64,000 nt of DNA from Rhina ancylostomus (taxonomy: Eukaryota): positions 16,508,878 to 16,572,877 of the forward strand of contig JARFYF010000057.1 of the NCBI GenBank assembly GCA_030265395.1, in the 5' to 3' direction. Shown here piece after piece: positions 1 to 10,849 of this stretch (the first letter of the stretch is position 1; each line of letters opens with the position of its first letter). A program made the translations under genes and the position numbers. The notes beneath the pieces are model-generated. The model ran no database searches, had not been told where the DNA came from, and saw only the letters and a list, made by a program, of their open reading frames with translations.

Positions 1-1744
1 ACCATAACCTTGCATGAGCAGGTTGATATTGGGATCTTACTGTGCATGAATTTGGGTGCCAGTCTGAAATATTTAACAGCCCTAAGAAAAGCTAATTGGC
101 ACTTGAGTTTGGGAAAGGCACCATGCAAGTGCAATTCTTTCTTCTTGCTGGTCTGTTGCTGAGTAAAGGGTTGGAACTGCATCCCGTGACTCCCTGCCCA
201 AGCACTTGTTCTACCCTGGAACCCCCAGCACTCTGTGCATCACCCTATGGACAGGAACCAATGAGCCTTGAACAAAAAGACTAATCAAATTCAGAAGCTG
301 AACTGCAAAATGGTTGTGTCTCAACACATGGAGAATGCAAACAATTCCACAAGCCGATTCCCTAATTGAGTGCCTGGGATAACCAAAGCTCGAACCAGTG
401 ATGACAATTCCACCAACCACACCCATCTTGCCCACACCTGCATAGTTACTGTTCCAACCTTTATTCTGCCTGATGTCTAATTGTTTACCTTTATGGTCCT
501 TCTTTACTTCTGATTGGTTAGAGTGCCCCAGCAACACAGTAGGGAGTACTGTCAGTGGAGAGTTTCTTTTCTTCTTCCAGTCCTGCTTTTCCTTGTTTGG
601 TGATTGGCTGCTGTGTCCACTGTTGTTGCCTAGTCACTGGAACTAAGAGTAGGGAGTGCTACACCGATTCAGGGTTGGTCACTGCCTGCTGTTGTCCTTG
701 CATGTCTGAGTCAGAGTTAATTGCTGGATTGTAATGATCACCATAGAGAAGGTGGAGGTTGGGTCTGAGGGAACCTAACTTCCAAGGACTGCAGGTTGGC
801 AGAGGGGAATATAAAATGAAAAACATGGCAAACTTGCTTTCATTTATCTTAATCTACTAGAAGTGCAGGTGGGGAGAAGCAAGCTGCTAACCTCCACTGC
901 AATGGTGAGTCCAATCTTACTCCTGACAAATAATGACAAAATAATGAGGTTGCTTCACACATATTTAACCTGAGTCAGGAAACTGGAAGCTGGTCAGGAT
1001 GGATGGACTGGTGAGTGCTCTTCCAGCATTCCCCCATCTTTTGATTTCCTTAGTGTTCAAAATACTCAGCCAGGACTGTTCTCAATGACTGTGCATCCAC
1101 AACTCACCAGGCAGAGGGTTCTGAAGAATCACAACCATCCAAGAGAGAAAATAGCTGCTACCTTTGGTCCTCATTGTTTGGCTCATTACCTTGAGACGCT
1201 GCCCCTTGATCTGGGGAAACAGCCTCTCACCAGCGACCCTGACAACCCAGACCCACTCATTCTTGTGAATTCCAGTGAGTAAAGGCCAGTCTTCAGACTC
1301 ATGTTAAATTGAACTGCTAACTGATAATTTCAGGCTCTAAGGTTTCTTCTGCTACTTCCCAATTATTATTGAAGACTGGTGCACAACTGCCTGCTTGATC
1401 AGAGCAACCTGAGATTAGACAGTAGCAGGGAGAAAGTCTCCAGTGAGCTGGAGCAAGAAACAGGAACAGGTCTGCTCTGGTTGCCAAGGAAATCTGCTTA
1501 GTCCCCATAAACCAACCTGTCCACCATCTATTTCAATAGATGCTGCCTGACCCGTTGAGTTCCTCCAGCGTTTCTGTGCCTGTCCACTGTCCTTCTAGTC
1601 ACTGAAGCTTGGTCAAGAAAATTCTGTAAATACTCCTGACAAATAATGACAAAAAGGGAAGGATGTCAGGTGTCAGGGAGGTAGGAGGGGAGTGGGCTGG
1701 TATTCAACCAGTAGTGGGGCCAAGGAGGACAACTAATGTCTCAC

Positions 1745-2600
1745 AAGGAAATAGGAGCAGGAGTCGGCAATCTGGCCCCTCAAGCCAACACTGCTGTTCA
1801 AAATGTTTGTGGCTGATCTGAACCAGGCCTTAATTTTTCTTCTGTGCCACCTCTCAGTAGCTCTCATTCCCTTGATCTTTTAGAAGTTTTTGTACCTCCT
1901 TTTTAAATATGTCCAGTGATCCCAGAGATTCACCTCCCTCTACATGCCTTATTTTTAGATGACCATCCCCCTCATTCAGTGGAAACATCGACCCTGTCAT
2001 GCTCCCTGAGGATCTTATGTTTCAGTAAGATCACCACTCATTCTTCCAAACACCAAAGAATACAGATGTAGCTTGTTTCACCGTTCATGATCGGAAAACT
2101 CTCTCATCCCAGGAATTTGCTGGTGACTGCTTCTGATATTAGTATATCCTTTCTTACATAAGAGGACCCAAACAGTGTACAGTACTCCAGGTGTGGTTTC
2201 ACCAGCACACTGGATAATTATAACAAATTGTAAACAATCTTAGATTCCAATCCCCCAGCGATGAAGACCAATGTGCCATTTGCCTTCTGAATTACTGACT
2301 GCACCTGCTTGCTTTTAGTGCTTAACGCACAAGAACACCTTGGTCTCTCCACTTCACTACTTCACTCATTTACAACATCCTATTTAGATAATAGTCCCCT
2401 TTTTTGATCCCTCTCACTGAAGTGCATGACCTCTCACTTTCCTACATTAATTTTCACCCCTGCCCCCCCCCCCACACCCAATCTATCTATATCCTGCTAC
2501 AGATCCCAAACATCTTCATCGCAGCATTCCCTCCCATCCACCTCAGAACCATTGGCAAAGTTGGATAACTCACACTCTGGGCCCACTTCCAGGTATCTGT
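1745..2600 (-). mobile_element. Decayed CR1 LINE 3' fragment
   Basis: Starts with the reverse complement of a CR1-like 3' tail (gaaataggagcaggagt-ggc...gccc) followed by degenerate RT-end sequence similar to other copies in the window. Confidence 0.7.
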
Positions 2601-4184
2601 GGTTCAGTGGTGAGCACCCTACACTGATGTAGAAAGTCCTGCTCCAGAGAACTGAACATGAATCTCCAGGCTGGGGCTCCGGGGCAGACCGATGAGGTGT
2701 TGAGCTCTCAAGAATGTTGTTTCTCATCTTACATATGAGAGGATAAATCGAGGTGTAGTCTGTTCTCACAGGTGCCTCAGAGGATCCCATGGCCCTTAAA
2801 GCAAAAGTACAGGGGAGATCTATCAATGTTTAGGCCAAGGTGTATTACTCAAACAAAATGATTAAGAAGCTTTGTCTGGTCATGATGTGGAGCTCTGAAA
2901 CCTAGATAGTGTGTGGTGGGAAGTTGGAGTGGAAGGGAACACTAGAGAAATATTAGCATCCCAGGGATTAAGGGATTAAAGTCATTGATCAACAGGTTAG
3001 TCGCACTTTGGCAACCTTCCCTGTCATAGTGTCTCACCGTGGAGAACATGTCAAAGTTGTCTCTCCAAAGTCAGGTGGTGTTCATTTATTCACCATCGTC
3101 CCATTCCTCTCCAGCATGAACACAATACACTCACATCGGGATTTGGTTACAGTGGCTCGTCATATCCAGAAACCAGTCTTGTCCCCACGGGTCTCTGTCA
3201 AATGACAGGGGGTGGTGGGGGGATATCTGGAGGTCTCTGACTGGAAAAGCCCCCTACATGGCCCCAGTATTTCAGCTAGAGGTCTCTCATTCCAAAAGCA
3301 AAAAGTTGCAGATGCTAAAAATCTGAAATAAAGTCAGAAAATTCTGGAGATAATCAACAGATCAGGCAGCATCTGTGGAGAGAGAAACAATATTAATATT
3401 TCACAATGGTCATTAATTCTGAAACATTAGTCATCAGTCTGAAACATTGACCAAGGAAAGTAAGACCTTGATCTCTACTGCCAAATGTCCAACAGCAAAG
3501 CAAAGCAAACTCCCTTACAATGAATGAGGGACTCTAGAAATGTAGTCATCATTGCTATGTGGGAAGGGTGCACAGCACGATCCCACAAACAAGATCACTA
3601 AAAGAATCAGGTTACATTGGTTGAGAGCAGAACAACAAGAGTGGAATTCTTCAGGAGCAGGAGGAACGGAGGGCGAGTGAAAGCACAAATTAGTGCAAAT
3701 CAGGAGTCACAAGGTAAAAGCACTTTTTAAATGCAAAAAAATGTGACAGTGGCAAAAAGTTCTTCAGAATCAGGTTTGTCAGGCTGTTGAATGGTAAACT
3801 TCGGTCAGGATATCAGGGATGTCTCTTATCCCCCTCTTTAAAACACAGCCATGGCAGTGTTTCCTTTAGGGTGAGCACCCATCCCTGTCTGTCAAACTCC
3901 AACAATCCAGTTCCACGGTGAGTGACTGCAGTTCAGACTTCAGGGGGAAAACCAGGGCTGGGGTTGGCAGAGTGAGGTTGACAACAGCTGAGGCAGCAGG
4001 ATTCTTGATGAGGTGGCACAGTGGTGCAGCCAGGACACCTCCGGTCTCACCGCTCCAGCGACCCAGGTCCAATCCTGACCTCCAGTGCTGTCTGTGTGGA
4101 ATTTCCACCTTCTCACTGTGACTGTGTGGGTTTCCTTTGGGTGCTCTGGCTTCTTCCCACATTCCAGAGACCTCTGGGTTTGTA

Positions 4185-5175
4185 CAATCATAGAGCCATA
4201 CAGCACGGATACAGGCCCTTTGGCCCAACCAGTCCATACTGACCACATTGTCCACCTAGCCAGTCTCAGTTTCTTGCATTTGGCCCATATCCCTCCATGT
4301 GCCTCTCCAAGTGCTTCATAAGTGATACTATTGTACCCGCCTCAACCACTTCCTCTGGCAGCTCATTCCATACACTCACCGCCCTCTGTGTAAAAAAGTT
4401 GCCCCTCAGGTCCCTTTTAAATCTTTCCGGTCTCACATTAAATCTATGACTCCAGCTTTGGACTCCCCTGCCCTGGGGAGAAGACTGTTACATCCACCTT
4501 ATCTATGCCTCTCATAATTTTAAACACTTCTATACGATTAGATTTCTTTATTAGTCACAAGTACATCGAAACACACAGGGAAATGCATCTTTTGCATAGA
4601 GTGTCTGGGGGCAGCCCGCAAGTGTTGCCATGCTTCTGGCACCAACGTAGCATGCCCACAACTTCCTAACCCATATGTCTTTGGAATGCAGGAGGAAACC
4701 CACGCAGACAAGGGGAGAACATACAAACTCCTTACAGACAGTGGCTGGAATTGAACCCAGATCATTGGCACTGTAATAGCGTCATACTNNNNNNNNNNGT
4801 CCCAACTTCAATGCTCAATGCCCTGACTGTTGAAGGCCAGCGTGCCAAACACCTTTTTCACCACCCTGTCTACCTGTGACACTGCTTTCAATGAACTATT
4901 GCACTTGCACTCCTCAGTCCCACTGTTCCATTACATTCTCCAGTGCCCGATCATTCATAGCATAAGTTGTACTCTGGTTTGACTTTCCAAAATGTATCAC
5001 CTCACACTTATCTGTACTGAAATCCATTTGCCACTCCTCAGCCCACTTCCCTAATTGATCAAGATCCCCCTGAAATCTACAATACCCTTCTTCACTATCA
5101 ACACCTCCTAATTTTGTGTCATCTGCAAACTTGCTGATCAAGTCTTGTGCAATCACACTCAAATCATTTATGTAA
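4185..5175 (-). mobile_element. 5'-truncated CR1 LINE (RT C-terminus and 3' UTR)
   Basis: ORF 4914..5162 ISKFADDTKLGG...QGDLDQLGKWAEEWQMDFSTDKCEVIHFG is CR1 RT; flanked by a TTGTA duplication. Confidence 0.9.
4538..4788 (-). mobile_element. tRNA-derived SINE inserted inside the CR1 copy
   Basis: B-box GGTTCAATTCC, V-domain-like core, AATAAAG tail; same 3' half occurs at 27537-27678. Confidence 0.8.
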
Positions 5176-6499
5176 TTGTAGGTTAATTGGCCACTGTAAA
5201 TTTTCCCTGGTGTGCAGGTGAGTGGTAGAATCTGTGGTGAGCTGAGGGAATGTGATGAGAATAAAATGGGATTAGTGCAGGATTAGTGGAGATGGGTGCT
5301 TGACGATCACCAGTGGGCCCAAGATTTGGTGACCCGCTGCCTGAGCCACAGAAACGTGGTTTGTTTCCATGCTGTACGTCTCCACCATGATATGCCATGT
5401 GTCACCCTGTTGTCAGAGCTGGCTGAGAGTTGCCTCCTGCCCAGACCAGAGGGCTCAATTTATCCCATTCCTTCAGTGCCCACTCCAACCCACCAACTTT
5501 AAACCTCACTGCCTGCAGAGGCTAAAACACTTGCATCAGCTAATACAGATCAGGATTTACTGGCATCCTGCCCCATAAATGACCACATGCCTAAGGACAA
5601 CTGAGCTCACCCATAAATTGGGCTTGACCTGTTAAATGGCCTGAATTCCTACTTCCATTGCTTGAGATGGTGGTGGAGGCTTGGAAGCTAGTCACTGGAT
5701 TTTCCATTCAGGTGAAAAGCAGGCTGGCCTTTGACCTGACAGATACGTCATGTCGCAGCCTCAGCCTGAAGGGACGAGTGCAGGATTTGAGCCCACAACC
5801 TTCTGACTGAAAGGAGAGAGCGCTTCCAAATGAGCCACAGACAGACTGCTCACCTTAGAAAGTCAAAATGAAGGGAAGATTTGATAGTGATATTATAAGG
5901 GAAATTTATGACAAGGGAGACCATTTGGCCCATCATTCCCATGACATTTAAAGATTGACATCAAGATCCAGGGAATAGTTCTCCCAATCACAAGCCAAAC
6001 AGCCTCCTCCTGAACCGTACTGTTATATAACCACCCTTCCATGTTGACTACTTCCTGCTTTTCTTTGACCTGTGCCTTGTGATCATTTATGTCCACCTGA
6101 GATGAGTGTTGACAGCTGTTTGACATCTCAAGCAGGTAATTGCTTTAGAGTCCTACAGCTCAGAAACAGGCCCTTCAGCCCAACACATCCATGCTGACCG
6201 TCAAGCACCTGTCCATAGCCCATTCATCAAAATAGTCCCTAACCTCCTGTGCCTCAGTGGTTCAAGTACTCACCTGGAGATCTCTTGGGGCCATCTGCCT
6301 CCACCTCCATCTCAAGCAGTGGAAGTAGGATTGTTGGCAGACCATCACAGAATCCTCTGGTGGCAGCAACTTGTTCTGCAGGCAGGCAGAACAACTTTGC
6401 TCTGTGATCCTCCTGTGCAAAGATGAGATAGCAGTTGCTGTTCCACAGGCTCCCTCCTGGTGAGTTCAACCTGTTGCTGTTCTAAAGATGATTTTCAAT

Positions 6500-6621
6500 T
6501 CCTGGAGCAACTCAGCAGATCAGCTGAAGGGTTTTGACCCGAAACGTTGACTATTTGTTTCCCTCCACGGATACTGCCTGACCCACTGAATTCCTCCAGC
6601 ATCTGCAGTCTCTTGTGTCTC
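6500..6621 (+). mobile_element. Penelope-derived short repeat with hammerhead 3' half and a short inverted arm
   Basis: tgaagggt-tttg-accc-GAAACGTT-gac followed by gatactgcctgacccactgaattcctccagc; 6501-6524 is the reverse complement of the same tail. Confidence 0.7.
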
Positions 6622-7103
6622 GATTTCAATACCTAAAAATAGCCAGCACTAAATGGACTTTTACAGCTTCTTGGCAAAGATGTGCAAACTGAACGTGCTT
6701 ACAGTTGTCAGCTATTAGAGAGTTTATCTCCATTTTTATTGCTGGAGATCCTCGGCAACACTCTGCTAGCAGGCGAGACACAGGGGCGCCTGGGAGAGGA
6801 GAGGTGTCTGAGGATATCCAGGATAGAGCCTGCTCTCATTTTTCTTGGAGATTAGAGTGCAGATTAAAAAGTAATCTCTAACATTCTCAGACTTCAGATC
6901 ATGTTGATGTATGTAACACTTCTTCACTGCACCAGTCAAAGCTGTGACAACGGCAGCCAAACCCACAGCATCACTATGTGATCATGGTTTCCTGAAGCAT
7001 TATCAAGTTGTGGGACAGACACCCTACCGAAAGGTACAATTCCCTCTGCACCCTCACCACAACAGTCCACATTCAAACCCTCTCCAGACTTGTGTGCAAA
7101 TCC

Positions 7104-7400
7104 CAGTACTGAGTGCATTCTGCACTATTGAAGGGGCAGTGTTAAAGGAGATCTGCGCTGCCAGGAGAACATTACTGAGGGAGTGTCGCACTGTTGGAGG
7201 GAGATCTGAACTGATAGTAGGGGAGTTCTACATTACTGGGGGGCAGTATTGAGGGACTATTAATTACTAGAAGGGAGTGCTGCACCGCCGGAAGGGCAGG
7301 AGTGAGGGAGTTCTACGTTACTGGTGAGGCATAGGGAGGGAGTGCTCATTACCAGAGGGGCAAGGACTGAGGGAATGCTGCACTATCAGAGGAGCAGGAC
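7104..7400 (+). repeat. Degenerate 33-bp minisatellite (cagtactgagggagtgctgcactgttggagggg-like)
   Basis: About 8 diverged units recognisable by eye. Confidence 0.7.
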
Positions 7401-7407
7401 CCAGGAG

Positions 7408-7600
7408 GTCGGGCAGCATTTGTGGAGACAGGAACAGTTAACGTTTCAGGTCGATGACCTATCAACAGAATTGGAAAAGCATAAAGGTAAAAGCGGATTT
7501 AAAGACAGAGAAGGCTGTGGGGGTGGGTAGAAAGAGTGACAGGTAGAGTCTGTGATGGTGGGGGTGGGTGGGGCAGGGAGGGAGAGAGCAAATCAGATGA
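7408..7600 (-). mobile_element. Penelope-derived short repeat with near-intact hammerhead motif at 7435-7473
   Basis: Minus strand caatt-CTGTTGA-t-aggtc-atc-gacct-GAAACGTT-aactg followed by aatgctgcccgacc. Confidence 0.7.
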
Positions 7601-7682
7601 TCTGCAGGGCCAGGAGTGTGCAGCATCAGGAAACAAAAACCTGCTTTGTAAACTGAAGCCATGTCTCCACACCCATCCCCCA

Positions 7683-7785
7683 ACTCCCTGACCCCCTCAC
7701 CCCGACCCCCACTCCCTGACCCTCTCACCCCGACCCCCACTCCCTGACCCTCTCACCCCGACCCCCACTCCCTGACCCTCTCACC
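7683..7785. repeat. 28-bp tandem repeat, about 3.7 copies (actccctgaccctctcaccccgaccccc)
   Basis: Units start at 7683, 7711, 7739 and 7767, nearly identical. Confidence 0.95.
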
Positions 7786-10700
7786 ATCTCCTAAGGCTTG
7801 ATCAAAGCTGTACCCAAGGTCACGGTGCTGTACACCATGGAAACAGGCCCTTCAGCCCAACTCATCCATGCCAACCAAATTGCCTGGTTCCATTTTTTCA
7901 GGATCAGTAGTCCACAGGTTGTCAGATTTACATTTCTCTCCAGAGCCTTAAATCAAGGCTGACACTGCATCACACCACCAAGGAACAACTATAACATTGG
8001 AGGTGCCTTTTGGATGAGGCACAAAAATGGAGGCCTCGTTTGTGCTCATGGACAGATGAAAAGTTTCCCAGCGCAATGGATTTACCTGTGGTTCCCTGAC
8101 TGATATTTACTCTCAAGCCCCATGGATTACAGAAATAAAATGCTATAGGTGCTGGACATCTGAAATAAAACACGTTGGAAAATCTCAGCAGGTCAGGATC
8201 TGAAGTATGGGAAATAGAATTAACATATCAAGGTAGACAGGCTTGATTAATGTTACAGGTTGCTTAATTTCTCATGGTTGTTCGTGGGAGCTTGTTGTGC
8301 ACATATTACAATGATGAGTACACCTTAAAATAACTTCCTTGTCTCTGAAATGTTTTAAAACAACTGGAGGCAATTAAAGACACAATATAAAGCATGTCTT
8401 TTTTTCCCCACTTGACATTGTTTGCATTGTTCTTTATCAAAACAATCCAATCAAACAAGATCAAAAATGAAACACCTATCCAAAATAGAACAAAGATAAA
8501 TAATCTGCCCCAAATATTTATCCTTCAGTCAACATAAATTTAGCAGATTTTACCATTTTGGGAACTTACTGTGCATAAATAAGCTGCCGTTTCATACACT
8601 TCCATTGCAGGAGAGCTCCTCTGTCAGAGTTGTGGTCTATAGGAGGAGACATTAGACCAAGACTTTGACAGGTGCATAGGATCCCAGGGCACTAACTGAA
8701 AGAACAGGAAAACTCTTGGCAGCCATCCTGAGAAATATGGTTGCGGCCTGGAAGCTATCTGATTGAAAAGATAGTTTGAACATTGCAGAACATCAGAACA
8801 GTTCAAAGTCCAATGAAGTACTTTTGAAATATAGTCTATTGTAGCAGAGGAAACAGCAGCCAATTTGTGACAATGACAAGACAAACTTTTTATTAAAGTC
8901 AGCTCCCAGCTATCCAGCAGCATTTGTACAACTCCACTATGCTCCCCCATCCCCTTACATTATGCCTGCAATCAGCACAACTGTAGCTCTGGGACTGGGC
9001 ACTTGGCTGTGACCCCTACTTACACGAGTCGTATATTTCAATCTCTTTCTCATGAGGGCAGGTAAGAAGCAGACTTGAACCCAAAAACTCCCTTGTGCAC
9101 TGGAGTAACTGGGCTGAAAGCTCTGGAGTTTGCCTAGCATTCAACCTTCTGCCTTAGAGGCTGGAGCATTGCTCAGTGAAGCACAGCCATTGTGCAGAAA
9201 CAGCTCTTTGTTGAGAACAGCCCTCCAGCAAGGGACTGATTGTGATTGTTCCCAGAACGGCCTCTGAGGTGAGTGAAGCTGAATAATGGAACCATTCAAA
9301 CCAAACAGTCTCCTTCCTGTGGTTCAGATTTAATCTCACAGATGAGGGATGTTTTGGGAGCAGTTGTGCAAACAATTCTGAACAACTGCAAGTTATAAAA
9401 ACTGTTCCTTTTCAGTTCTTGAGAAGGAACATATGACATAATCAGTTCTAACTTCTGCTCCCACGGTCCTGCATCTTTATCTGAACTCCTATCACTCAAC
9501 CTGTGTTTAATTGCAAGAGCTGAGAGGTAGAACTGGTTGAACGAGTGTCAAATCCAAATTTTTTTTTTAGCCCTGAGCATGAAACGCCTGTCACATTATC
9601 CAATCTGTACCTTTTTGTTCTTTGTGAACCGCTTTCATATAATAATTGAGGACAAGCCAGCACAAGTTCCCAGACCTGCTCCANNNNNNNNNNNNNNNNN
9701 NNNNNNNNNNNNNNNNNNNNNNNNNNNNNNNNNNNNNNNNNNNNNNNNNNNNNNNNNNNNNNNNNNNNNNNNNNNNNNNNNNNNNNNNNNNNNNNNNNNN
9801 NNNNNNNNNNNNNNNNNNNNNNNNNNNNNNNNNNNNNNNNNNNNNNNNGTACTGTATGGTTAAATCAATCACACATTTTGATTGACATCCCAACCACCAC
9901 TGTAAATATTCAGTTCCTCTACCATCAGTCCACTGTGGCTGCAGTGTGCCATCTACAAGATGCACTATGGTTACTCCTGAGTTAATTTGGCTGCACCTTC
10001 CAAACCTGCACTACCAACCACCCAGATAAAATGAAGGAATTAGCTTTACCTGCAAGTTCCTCACCACCAACCTGCAATCACCTGACCCTCCTTAATAACC
10101 TGGTCTAAATCCTGGCACTATCTAACTGCATTCCAGAAGTACCTTCAGAAGGACTACAGCGGTAAAAGTCTGCAACTTATCACTGTCTCGTTGAGGTCAA
10201 CTGGGGATGTGCAACAAATGCTGGTATCACCAGCTGTGCAAAACAAAAAGTCCTACTTCCTTGTTCAAAAACCCCTTAGAAGCAATACTGCCACAATGTG
10301 ACATTGAACCCCATTAATTACATAACCAAATTAATATCAAATCAGATAATTTCTGCATTATTCATTAGGGACTGGGGTCAGATTCACCAGTCCTGTGCTG
10401 GAGTTTGTCAGGTTTGAAGGTGGACCTTGCATCCCAGGTCTGAGTGTCCCAACATCTTAGTCAACAAAACACCACCACTTCATTAAAACTTGTGTATTTT
10501 AGCTTCTCCCCCCCCCCCATTTCCAGGCCACATCACACTGCAACTAGATACACCCCCAAGTATTCGATGCTATCAGGCAGGGAACACAGGAGTCAATTTA
10601 AACATAGTAAGAACCTTCAGACAGCAATGAAATAATGAACACACAATCCCAGTCCCTTTCCCAGAAAATATTAGTATGGTTCCTCATAACATACAATGCA

Positions 10701-10849
10701 GATCCAACCTTGGGTCTCAGCTGACCCATCTGCAGGCAAACGGCCTTAAAGAATAGTTCTCATTTTACCTGTCCTCCATTTTAGATATTTAGCCTTATCC
10801 AATAGTAAGGCCAGAGGTTGAAACCACACTCACTTATAAAATGTCCCAG

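Larger units (their letters stand above)
4010..5330 (+). mobile_element. tRNA-derived V-SINE/HE1-like SINE split by a CR1 insertion (arms about 4010-4184 and 5176-5330)
   Basis: A/B-box-like head and central domain tgtgtggaatttccac...gtgggtttcc...gggtgctctgg...cccaca; resumes at ttgtaggttaattggc; similar uninterrupted copy at about 47385-47710. Confidence 0.75.

Noticed and set aside
4010-4090. tRNA-like heads with A/B boxes (also 4730-4788 and 47385-47460)
   Set aside because: They are SINE heads; no complete cloverleaf.
7683-7785. Regular 28-bp period as a possible CRISPR array
   Set aside because: Head-to-tail units with no unique spacers, vertebrate context and no cas genes.
1-10800. 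PEX11G expected 3' of ARHGEF18 from human synteny
   Set aside because: I could not recognise any PEX11G-like peptide on the plus strand.
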